A DNA stretch of 64,000 bases. Origin: Malacoraja senta (Eukaryota). Location of the stretch: the NCBI GenBank assembly GCA_038087875.1, contig CM075999.1:4404001-4468000 (forward strand), in the 5' to 3' direction. A model generated the notes under the pieces. The model did not search any database. It was not told the origin of the DNA and worked only from the letters and a program-made list of their open reading frames with translations. Positions 41,323 to 52,240 of this stretch are shown in pieces; position 1 is the first letter of the stretch; every line of letters starts with the position of its first letter. The position numbers and the translations under genes are program-made.

Positions 41323-42649
41323 TTTTACTCATTTTAAGGGGAGATGCACAGCATAGTATAATTTACACAATATAAACCATTTAAAGTACATTTAATGCGC
41401 AGTTGCACATTTTACAATGCTTAAATCAAGTAATCAATGTCATGAGGTGAATTATAGATGTGTATCAGGGCTTTGACTGGAATGGGGCTAGTGTGGACAT
41501 TTCACATTATAGCCACTACAAGGCCACAATTTAATGGAGTCTCCCACGCACTTCTCTAATTCATCTCCTGACAGTCTGTTATTGTGTATAATATATACAA
41601 GGTACTTTTTTTTCCTCGTTTCCATTCATGACAAATGGCTGGCGTCGTGTCGAGATGAGTGGACTGCACTGGTGAGGCGGCCGTCAGTAATGAAGAACAG
41701 TGGGTGTGTGACGTCACAGGTGTAACATCATAATGGGCATCTGATGCTAGAGGTGCAAAATTAAAGGAAAATAATCTGAACATTCTGACAATAGTACATG
41801 CAGCTTATAGGGATACAAATTTACAAATTTGCACTGCAATGGATTCTCACATCCCCTTAAAATAGAGTGTTGCTGAGCCCAGTATCCACTGCCAGAACAC
41901 AAAATGCCATTGCCATTCAGTCCATTATTCATGCTCAGGTTTTCATTCCTTTGGAGGAAGTAAGTTGTGGAAATGGGGAGGAAACCAGGGATTATATCTA
42001 TCTCAGTTAAAGAAACGAGAATGGTTGAAATGGTATTCCTTTCCACATTCCTCAAGGCACCTGCTGATAGTTTAAATAGAGGAGCACTAATAGCAGCAAC
42101 ATGTCACTCTTCCAACTGAGGAAGAAGACAAATAAAAGTGGGGAGACAGAAGTTCACTTTGAGTGGGGAGACAGAGCCTACTCACATTTTCATATTTTAC
42201 TTAATCACAATAAGAAGTGAAATGCAAATAAAGTTGATAGTTACCTGCATTGAAATCTTGGGACGCAACTTGAATTACAAAAAGGCAAGTACTACTTTAA
42301 TAAAAGACTAATACAAGTTTTGACAGTGAATATATTTTCAACTACCCGCTAATTAGCCAGACTCTGGTGTAAGAAAAAAATGACTAACAATTATCTAAAA
42401 GGACACAAGAGCCAATGAGTTCCCATTTCCCAATTTTGTCTCAAACAAAATCCAAACCTACAGCATGAGCATCATATAGTCATAGTACTCTATGAATACT
42501 ATCCAACTATTTCTTAAACAATGAGATGGTCCCAGCCTCTACTACCTTCTCTGGCAGCTTGTTCCATACACCCACTACATTTGCTGAACAATTGCATGAT
42601 AGAACAACTGGAATGTAACCATTCCCCCAATACAAACCAAAACTGTTCC

Positions 42650-43790
42650 AGAGATGGGGGAGTTGAAGCTCCAACCTAATTCTACACAACCTACAAAACC
42701 TGGCCCATGCTCTCCCCCTACATCCTCCGTGATGCCTCCTCCAACTGCACCCATCCTTACAAACGCTATCCATTCCCACATATCTCCAAACCACTCCATG
42801 CAAATATCAACTAATTCCACACTACATCACCTACAACCCCATATCACTGGCCTCCCTAGTACACTTCACCCAACATAATGCCCCAATCCTCACTTTGCCC
42901 TACTCCCACTGCATACACCAACTTCTCTATACCTATCTCACTATTCCTTATACTCTCCCCTTCACCAAACCATTATTCCTGCACCCATCCATCCTCACCT
43001 TCCCCATACTTCACTTCACCCAACATGGTCCCAATACCATACTCCCACACCGATATCCTCCACCATATCCCTAACTGCACACCCACACCCTACATTCCTA
43101 CCTTCCACCTCCTTATCCTATCCTCAACTTTTCACTTCCTACCTTACCCACGTTCACCCCAATCACCCACATACTGCCTAATACCCGCAGAAACAGCATC
43201 CTCATTAGACAGTCAATAACAACCTTCTTTGAACCTCCACCAATGAATGCCAAAGAACACCCACCTAACCCAACCACCCAATAGCATCCCTATGCTCAAA
43301 GAACACACTGTGCTTAATAACCATCACCACAGTATACCTCAACACACCAATCTCAACCCAATCTCTCCCCCAGCTCCACTGATCAGCTGTCCAGTTCCCA
43401 GCCATATCCCACCTTGCTCTTTCCCCAGCCCATCCTACCCTGGCCCTTCGCCAGTCCAGCCCCAGCCTTAACCCACCGTCTCCATACCTCCACATCCACC
43501 TCTACTCAACACCCCAGTGCCAATCTTCCTAACCCCTTTCTGCAGTCCCACTCCCTCTCCTATCCCTCCATCCTGCGACCGCACTGCTTCCACCACTCTC
43601 CCTCCAAGTCCTGCCCCCTCCTTCCTCCCAGTCCTACCCCACCCACCCCCTTCCCACTCACGTCTCTCCAGCTGTTCATGTCCCCCACTGCCCCCGCCCC
43701 CCCTCCTCACTATCCCCGCCCCCTCACTATCCTCCCCCCCCCCTCCTCACTATCCCGCCCCCCCTCCTCACTATCCCGCCCCCTCTTCCC
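42650..43790. repeat. C-rich low-complexity tract (G-rich on the RBBP4 sense strand) with short tandem repeats
   Basis: Strong C/G skew; (ccccctcctcactatcccgcc)n at ~43695-43790. Confidence 0.8.
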
Positions 43791-44220
43791 CGCTTCTACG
43801 CCACCAGGGACCCTCCGCGCACCACCGCCTGAGCTGGGCCCACCCGCGCTGCTTCCTCAAGGACCAGGCCCGGCCGCTTCCCGCCCCCGGCGCCGCAGCC
43901 CACTCAGCCGGAGCTCCGCTCCTCCGATGGTGCGTGGAGTGCGGGAACCCCGGCGGGTGGAGAGCGCCGCGCCGTGTGGGTGGAGCGGGGCCACGGGCCG
44001 GACTGTGCGTGTGGAGCAGAGCGGGGCCGGGCCGATTACCTTCTTTATCCGCCATGCCTGCCGCCTTTGTGTCGGCGCCAGCTGCGCGTGCGCGGTCCTT
44101 TCGCGCGCCAACTGAACGTCAGGGCCTTGGGTGGCGGTGCGGCCAATCAGAGGCGGCGTCCTGACCACCTGTCGGGGGCTGAAGCCGGCCTGGGCGGCGC
44201 CATGTTTAGCGTCAACCTGA
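43780..44220 (-). promoter_or_regulatory. RBBP4 CpG-island promoter with CCAAT box
   Basis: Very high GC/CpG density around exon 1; GGCCAATCAG at 44141-44150; E2F-like TTTCGCGCG near 44099; YY1-like GCCATGTTT near 44199. Confidence 0.85.
44040..44055 (-). CDS. RBBP4: RBBP4 coding exon 1 (MADKE + 1 nt)
   Basis: Minus strand ATG GCG GAT AAA GAA G|GTAATC inside a CpG island; MADKE matches RBBP4, not RBBP7 (MASKE); phase 1 joins exon 2. Confidence 0.93.
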
Positions 44221-44227
44221 CTCCAAA

Positions 44228-44527
44228 CAAAGATCCCACAGCGAAGCAAGATAGACCACTCCTTCTAAATGCAATGGGCTGACGTGTAGTACGCAACGTA
44301 ACGCAACGCAACGCAACGGAGCGGAACGTGGGCCTTTCCCCCCATCCATTTCAGTAACCCGACTCGCAGTCTAATCAACGTTGTGGGGGAACAGTTTGTG
44401 TTAATAAATTATAATTCTGAAAATGAGGAGAAGATTTTTACCAAATAACTTTTATGTTTACGAGGATGTTTCCGTAACCGGCTTCCGTCTCCGCACTAGT
44501 TATCTTTGCTCCGCTATGAGATCTTTG
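44228..44527. mobile_element. 300-bp MITE immediately upstream of the RBBP4 promoter
   Basis: TIRs CAAAGATCCCACAGCGAAGCAAGATA / TATCTTTGCTCCGCTATGAGATCTTTG; internal (ACGCA)n. Confidence 0.7.
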
Positions 44528-44654
44528 GTGCGGAGACGGCAGCGGCTCCGCACCAAATTTTTGTCTCGTTAAATGTATGTTTTTGATTCTAGTTTTTATT
44601 ATTTTTTAGCTGAGGGGGGGGGGGGGAGAGTGGGAGTGGGGGAAACCATTTAAT

Positions 44655-45692
44655 AGCAATGTTACAACATTTTGAGATTTAAAAAATAAAGTCTGCAATT
44701 ATCCCATCAGATAAAGCATAAAAAGAAGTTTAATTTGATACCTAATTCACTTTCATATCTTCAGTATTAAAAAGGTTATAGCCATTTTCATACTCGGAAA
44801 TTTGCATCTTGTTCCCTATTGCTTTTCCATTGATTTAACACAAAAGCTGTGATCCAGGACAGTCAAAAGCCCATAACTTTCTTAAAAGTTAAGAGAACTG
44901 AAAGAAATTTCAGTTATTATAGATTGAAGCATTCTGAAACAAATATGAAACAATCTTACTTAGATGACATGAAATTAAAGCATATAATTAGTTAGTTACC
45001 TAATTGTAGCTAATTACAAAATTCAATTACTAGATCTAAACATCTATCAATTTCTTAAGAATAGATTAACATTTTTAAATAGCCTAAGTGTCCAAATAAC
45101 ATTCACACAAGAATTCACAATATAACATAATTTTTAAATCTCATTGTCATGGATTTACAGGCCAAATGGAAGGAATTTAATGTTTAATACCTGTAAATTA
45201 ATGGCCATTTAAATTTTGCGAGTGAGGTTTTCTGGATCGCAATCATTTGGAACGTTGGTTTGCGGTGGATTTAACCTCGTATCGGCATGAAAAATTCTGC
45301 CGTTGGTTCGGGGAAAAGAATCACCGTTTCGCATTAAAAAATATGAATTAAAGGCTTCTTAAGAAGCACTTTTATACATTAAGATAAACTACCTTCGTTT
45401 ACCTGTCCCGTGTGTGAAATCCGTCCCCGTTGTCGGCGTTGACGGCTTTCGAAGCTGATTTTAAAATGACTCCAGCGCTGACATTGTCGATTTAATAAAA
45501 ATAAAAAATACACAAAACGCCCGTAGGAACGATTTTTCAGCAAACGCTTGTACTCCAACGAAATATAATACAGGACAAGGTAGGAGAAACCCGTGTTTTA
45601 ACCCCGCCCCCCCCCTCAAAGGCGCAAAAATCGCGCACACGGCCAGTGGCAGAATTGCAGCGCCGCTGAAGGTAAGTATTGTAACATACCTA
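44655..45692. mobile_element. Non-autonomous DNA element with short TIRs and 8-bp duplication; superfamily uncertain
   Basis: Ends AGCAATGTTACAA / TTGTAACATACCTA; CATTTAAT on both flanks (44647-44654, 45693-45700); related partial copy at ~46155-47010. Confidence 0.7.
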
Positions 45693-46154
45693 CATTTAAT
45701 CTCTTCCCTGTATGGGGACCGGACTTTTTCCCTGTCGGGTCTCCGATGTCATTGGGCCTAACATCGTGGAGCCAGCGGCGGCCTCCAACCCGGAACCAAC
45801 CTGAGGGCTCCAGTCGCGGAGCCTGCAGACTCACCATCGCGGAGCTGGCCGGCTTCAGAGCGTGGAGAGCTGTGGTGGTGCGCAGCTGCAACCCGGCGCA
45901 GGCTCGGTGGACAGGATCATCGGGAGCTCGCAGGTCCCTGGTGGGAGACTGCTTTTCGGAGCTCCCACAACGGCAACTTCTCCCGTCGAAATCGTGGGGT
46001 TTAAAGGACTCGGAGTGGGGCCTAACATTGCCCGGCGCGGCTTAAATGGCCGCGGAACTTACCATCGCCCGTCGGGGGCTTTAACATCGTGAGCCCCAGT
46101 CACCTCGACGTTGCAGTTGGACTGCTGGACCGAGGGATAATCAATTAAATTCAT

Positions 46155-47010
46155 CAAAATTCAATTACTAGATCTAAACATCTATCCATTTCTTAAGAAA
46201 AGGCAAAAAAATTTAAATAGCCTAAGTATCCAAATAACAAACATCCCATTCACACAAGAATTCACAATATAACATGATTTTTAAATCTCACTGTCATGAA
46301 TTTATATGCCAAATGGAAGGAATTTCAATTTTTAATGTTTAATTCCCATAAATTAATCTAGAAACATCCACTTTCAATATAATCAAAATTATTATTTTTT
46401 GCACAATACATGTGACTAAAACTTGTGGATATTTAGCACAAAAATATGGATTATGGATAGACAATAACTCAAAATATAGGTGATTTAGATGCTCTTATGA
46501 CATGATTGTCCAAAAAAAAGAGAATTTTAATAATCTTGAGAGTGGATGTTTCTAGAATGTGATCGATTGGAACGTTGCCGTTGCTGTGAATTTTAAGCCC
46601 ATATCAGCAGGCAAGACATGTCCGATTTGTATGGGGCCTAAATAACATTTTCGCATCGTAAGATTAGACTAAAGCCACCCCAAGAAGCAAGATTATATGT
46701 GAAATAAATGACATACCTTTTGTTTTGTCCTGATATTGCGATCCGTGACGTTGAAGGCGTTGACGGCGTTAAAAGTCACTTTTTACTTTAATCAAGCGAT
46801 TAAATTGTCCAGCGATTAAAAAACCCCCCAAAAAACGGGAACGGAAGTCCGATCGATTTGTCTTCATCAGCTAGCAGGCCGAGGAAATCCCTCTCCGACA
46901 AGCAAAACAAACCTGCATTTTAATCCTGCCCCCCTTAAAGGCTCCGGAGTCGCACACACAGTCAGTGGCAGATCTGGAGCGCCGCTGAAGGTAAGTTTTG
47001 TAACATCACT
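46155..47010. mobile_element. Partial diverged relative of the 44655-45692 element
   Basis: Shares caaaattcaattactagatctaaacatctat... and right end gcgccgctgaaggtaagt..tgtaacat. Confidence 0.7.
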
Positions 47011-47745
47011 ACTGTGGGCCGAGCATCAAAAATGTGTCTAGAATTTAACTGTCGTGACCCATGTCTCGGAACTACATTAAATTTCGCACAGATTTAGATA
47101 AAATATAATTGAGAAGGAAGTCATAACTCGTCAGTGCCAAAAGTTGCACATTAATTAATTAAACTAATTAGAAAATGAGATCGAAAAAGTAAGCGCTATC
47201 TAGTGTCCAATGTCCACATTACACCATGGGGAGCTTAATTCCGTGCTGCGGTCTATTTAAACCATATATTGTTATACCATATATATATATGACTTGTGAA
47301 TATGACTAATCATATATAATTATGTATAATTATATTATATAAAATAATATCTATATTACTAAAAGTCTGAACTTGACCACTTCCAGTTTTTCTGTATATT
47401 GATTTTAGAAAAAATGCTGCCACTTACGGCTGTGATTTTTGGCCATCTTACTCAGAGTCCCCCTCCGCTGCGCAGGACAAGAGGATTTTTCCCACCAATG
47501 AAAAATAAAAGAGTTATTAGTGTTTAAAAAGTGTTGAGATTCTCTCTCCTGAAGGTCACGCCCCTTCCAGAGGGACTATAAAACCCGGAAGTGTTGAGTG
47601 CCTCAGTCAGTCTCTGCAAGATGGGGGAGCGAGAGGGTCACGTCTCTCAGTCTGAGCTGTGAATAACACTGAACACATGTCTACTAAACTGTGAGTGGTT
47701 TTACTGACCTGTCAGTGCCCTTAATGTGGTTTGAAAATATAGTTT

Positions 47746-48110
47746 GGAAATGCTAAAGCTGTGTTGCCTTTGGTTCGGAAATGCTAAAGCTGTGTTGCCT
47801 TTGGTTTGGAAATGCTAAAGCTGTGTTGCCTTTGGTTTGGAAATGCTAAAGCTGTGTTGCCTTTGGTTTGGAAATGCTAAAGCTGTGTTGCCTTTGGTTT
47901 GGAAATGCTAAAGCTGTGTTGCCTTTGGTTTGGAAATGCTAAAGCTGTGTTGCCTTTGGTTTGGAAATGCTAAAGCTGTGTTGCCTTTGGTTTGGAAATG
48001 CTAAAGCTGTGTTGCCTTTGGTTTGGAAATGCTAAAGCTGTGTTGCCTTTGGTTTGGAAATGCTAAAGCTGTGTTGCCTTTGGTTTGGAAATGCTAAAGC
48101 TGTGTTGCCT
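47746..48110. repeat. 31-bp minisatellite, about 12 near-identical copies
   Basis: Unit ggaaatgctaaagctgtgttgcctttggttt. Confidence 0.95.
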
Positions 48111-48112
48111 AA

Positions 48113-50254
48113 TACGCAGAGACTGTAACCAGCTACATTGCCAAGTGCACCGAGGATGTCACTATCATGAAAACCTTCACTGCACGTGGAAACGAAAAGC
48201 CATGGATGACAGCAGAGGTGTGCTCGCTGCTGAGGGCTCGTGATGCAGCCTACAGAGCCGGTAACACAGCCGCTCTTCGATCTACCAGGACTGCACTGGA
48301 AAAAGGAATCAGGGCAGCGAAACGTGCCTACACGGGGAAAATCCAGGGACACCTCTGTGACACAGGAGACACCAGGAGGATGTGGAAGGGAATCCAAACA
48401 CTGACGGGGTACAAGGCACGGCAGCAGGTAACTGACACGGACACTTCTCTCCCAGATGAACTGAACAACTTCTTTGCTCATTTTGATGCAGCAAACACCA
48501 CACCCTAGGGGAGAGCCAGCCCCGCTTACAAACCGACCAGCCAGTCCTGACCATAGACCCGATGGACACACGGAGAATCCTGTCTAAGGCCAACCCGTGG
48601 AAAGCAGTAGGACCCGACAACATCCCAGGACGTGTGCTCAAGGAATGTGCTGAGGAGTTAGCAGATGTGCTAACAGACATCTACAACATATCCCTTAGTC
48701 AAGCCATTGTCCCCACATGCCTCAAAACGTCCACAATAATCCCCATAGTGAAGAAACCAGTTGTTGCCTGCCTAAATGACTACCGCCCTGTCGCCCTGAC
48801 CCCAATAATAATGAAGTGTTTTGAATGCCTGGTGAAACCCCACATTACTGCCAGCCTCCCCTCATCGTTAGACCCCCTCCAGTTTGCCTATCGCCCCAAC
48901 CATTCTACAGAGGATGCCATCTCTACCACGCTGCACACAGTACTCACGCATCTGGAAAACAAAAACACATACGCCAGAATCCTGTACATTGACTTCAGCT
49001 CAGCGTTTAACACCATCATCCCACAGAGACTTGTGGAGAAACTAACCCTGCTGGGCCTCAACACCACCCTGTGTCACTGGATCTTGGACTTTCTGACAGA
49101 GAGACCGCAGTCAGTCCGTGTTGGCAAGAACACTTCAGGCTCGATCACGCTGAACACCGGCTCCCCTCAAGGCTGTGTGCTCAGCCCGCTGTTGTTCACA
49201 TTGCTCACACATGACTGTACTGCCAGATTCAGGGACAATAAGATCATAAAATTCGCGGATGACACAACAGTGGTGGGACTCATCAGCAGAGATGACGAAT
49301 CAATGTACAGGGAGGAAGTAAAACAACTAGTGGACTGGTGCGGCAAAAATAATCTAGCATTAAATGTCGACAAAACAAAGGAGATGGTTGTCGACTTCAG
49401 GAGGGCGCAGCCAAAGCATACACCCCTCAACATCAGTGGCGCCACAGTGGAGAGAGTGGAGAGCATAAAGTTCCTCGGTGTGCAAATTACAGACAGCCTC
49501 ACCTAGTCCAGGAACACCACTGGGACCGTCAAACGGGCCCATCAGCGACTGCACTTCCTGAGGAAACTAAAACAGGCCTCACTCCCCACCAACATCCTCA
49601 GGACTTTCTACAGGGGTACGGTGGAGTCTGTACTCACGTACTGCATAAATACGTGGTACTCCACCTGCAACTGCTCGGACAGGAAGGCTCTGCAGAGGGT
49701 AGTGAGGGGAGCAGAGAGGATCATTGGCGTCTCCCTACCCTCGGTACAAGAACTGTTCCGGAGCCGCTGTCTGAAAAAAGCTCAGAGAATTGCTAAGGAC
49801 AAACTGCACCCCCTCCACATACACCTGGATCTCCTGCCATCAGGCAAGAGATATCGCAGCATCAAAGCCCGGACTACAAGACTGCTAAACAGCTTCCTGC
49901 CATATGCTGTGAGGCTGCTAAACAGCCACTCTGTACTCACAGTCACCTGATTCTGCGGCTTGGCACGGACACTTTAATAACTGGCACTGGCCACTTCAAT
50001 AACTGGCACTGGCCACTCAAATCAGCTACCCCGGACATGTTTATGATTGGTTTTACTGTATTTTAACGTTGTTGTTTTACCTACTTTTTCACTATTTATA
50101 CTGTTCCATCAGGGACTGGATTGTTTTTAATGTTATTATGTGTGAAATGTTTTAAATTTCATGTGCGATGCTCCGGTATTCCCTGGGAAACGTCTTTTCA
50201 TTTTGCACTGTACAACTGTTGCTTGCAAGATGACAATAAAGGTTGATTGATTGA
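48113..50254 (+). mobile_element. Rex1/Babar LINE, 5'-truncated, few stops
   Basis: [53 protein letters not shown]; (TTGA)n tail. Confidence 0.95.
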
Positions 50255-50329
50255 TTAAAGTTGCCTTGCCTAATTAAAGTTGCCTTGCCTAATTAAAGTT
50301 GCCTTGCCTAATTAAAGTTGCCTTGCCTT
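50255..50329. repeat. 19-bp tandem repeat within Helitron
   Basis: (taattaaagttgccttgcc) about 4 copies; mirrored at 37729-37770 and 38127-38168. Confidence 0.9.
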
Positions 50330-51321
50330 GAGGAGGAGGAGGAGCTATCTTGGGGAACGGCTGCTAACCAGCAGCCGTCCGTTCAATTCACTTTTTATTT
50401 AGTTTTTAGGTTTTTTTTCCTGTCTATGTGATGGGGAATTTTGACTTTTAATGTAGGGGGGTAAGGAGGAAACTATCTCCAGGTCCCTACCTGGTCGGTG
50501 AGGCAGCTTTTTCTCCGGGCTGCCCCGTCGACCCGTCCTTGTGGCCTACCAGCGGGTGTGGAGCGGCGTTTTCCTGGCGGGGACTGCCCAGCACCTTCAG
50601 CTTCGGTGGCGGCACAGCGCTGGAGCGCTATCGCGGAGTGGAGCGGGCGATGCCTTGCCTGGGTCGCCACGCTGGATCGACGCGCTGGAGCTCCGGTGAG
50701 CTGGACCGCCGAGCTCAACACCTCCGGGCTGCGGGACTGCGGAGCTACCAGCTACGGGCGGCGGCGCCGACCCTAACATCGGGAGCCTCGGAGCTCCAAA
50801 TCAGCACGGCCTTGTCGGCTTCAGGTGCCACGGACTCCGGTTGGAGATCGGCCGTCCCAGCCGCTGCGAGGACTCTCCCGACGCCGGGACAACTGCACCC
50901 GGCGAGAACGGCCAGGAACATCGGGCCTCTGTAGAGGCAACTGTGGAGGCCTCAATAGGCCTGACTTTGGGTGAACTGGGGTTGGGGACTGGACATTGTG
51001 CCTTCCCCCACAGTGGCAATCATTGTGGGGGGATGATTTTGTGTGTAATGTGTAGTGTCTATGTTAGTCTTTGTCCAAGATGGCGGTCGGAAGGGAGAGT
51101 GGACGCTGGCGCGCTTTAGCAGCCGCTGCTCTCTCTTCCATATTGTGTTTTTGATTTTTGTTTTTGGATTTAATTCTATCTTTAATTTGTGTACTGGTGA
51201 TGTCTTTGCTATTTATTTCATTCCGCTTACATGTTTCTACACTATTTGTTAAACTTTGTAAGGTGTCCTTGAGACTTTGTGAAAGGCGCCCATAAATAAA
51301 ATCTATTATTATTATTATTAT
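50330..51321 (+). mobile_element. GC-rich non-coding retroposon-like insert(s) ending in an L2-type tail
   Basis: TGTAAGGTGTCCTTGAG...AAAGGCGCCCATAAATAAAAT..(TTA)n; absent from the 37034-38765 Helitron copy; loosely related GC-rich sequence at ~45700-46130. Confidence 0.6.
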
Positions 51322-52060
51322 TATATAATTAAAAGTCTAATCTTGACCACTTCCAGTTTGCGCTTTATATTGATTTTAGAAAAAATGCTACCACGTACGG
51401 TGGTGATTTTTGGCCATCTTACTCAGTCCCCCTCCGCTCATCAGGTGCCGAGGATTTTTCCCATCGATGAAAAATAAAAGAGTTATGTGTTTTAAAAAAA
51501 TGTTCAGATTCTCTCCTGTAAATCACGCCATGAAGGCCACGCCCCTTCTGGTGGGAGGGGGAGGGACTATAAAACCCAGAAGTGTGGGCGTGGCTCAGTC
51601 TCTGCAAGATGGAGGAGGGAGAGGTCACGACTCGCTGTCTTTAGTGGCCTTGCACCCTGCTTGAAATGGTATGAAACTGCACTTGAATTTGGTGGCCTTG
51701 CACCCTGCTTGAAGTAGTAAGAAACTGCACTTGAATTTGGTGGCCTTGCACCCTGCTTGAAATTGAATTTCAAGGAATAGTCGTGAGTCAACTGCCAGCC
51801 CACCAGCCGTGAGTGAGTGAGCTGCCAGCACAACAGGCTTGAGTCACTGAGCCGCCAGCCCAAGAATCCATTCGGCCCACAATGTCCACACTAGCCCTCT
51901 GGAAACCAGTCCCTTCAGCCCACAACACCCATACCAGTGCTCCAGAACCCCCCCCCCCTACTGGCCACCAATATTGGAATTGGTGGAGAGGTGGAATATT
52001 GCGTTGGGGGACCAGCCCTCCCATGTGATGCTGGGACCCAACGGGTCCCACTTAGTCTAG

Positions 52061-52240
52061 TATATTACTAAAACTCTCATCTTGACCACTTCCTGTATGC
52101 GTGATAATTAATTTAATGCAAAAACGATCCCCCATAGCCCTACGATTTTTCGCCACCTTACTCACCATTCTCCTCTGCTGCAAGTCAAATAAGTTTTGTT
52201 CCGATCGGTGAAATAGTACAAAAGTTATGAAGGTTTCCCA
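52061..52240 (+). mobile_element. Third Helitron 5' head (related subfamily), truncated
   Basis: TATATTACTAAAACTCTCATCTTGACCACTTCC directly after the CTAG of the preceding Helitron. Confidence 0.7.

Larger units (their letters stand above)
47350..52060 (+). mobile_element. Composite non-autonomous Helitron (head 1, minisatellites, head 2, hairpin-CTAG) with nested retroelements
   Basis: A|TCTATATTACTAAAAGT start; second head at ~51322; TGGGACCC-AAC-GGGTCCCA hairpin (52032-52050) then CTTAGT-CTAG|T. Confidence 0.88.

Noticed and set aside
41590..41635. Alternative RBBP4 first coding exon (MNGNEEKK|GTACCT)
   Set aside because: Weak donor in phase 0, whereas exon 2 needs phase 1.
43414..44282. 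Long Pro/Gly/Arg-rich ORFs over the CpG island
   Set aside because: Stop-poor GC-rich and low-complexity DNA; only the 16-nt MADKE exon has homology and a splice donor.
47746..48110. 31-bp repeat array as CRISPR
   Set aside because: Units are contiguous with no unique spacers, there are no cas genes, and the context is eukaryotic; it is a Helitron-internal minisatellite.
50473..51119. Overlapping GC-rich ORFs (also 8887-9346 and 45616-46092) as genes
   Set aside because: They lie inside TE insertions and show no recognisable domains.
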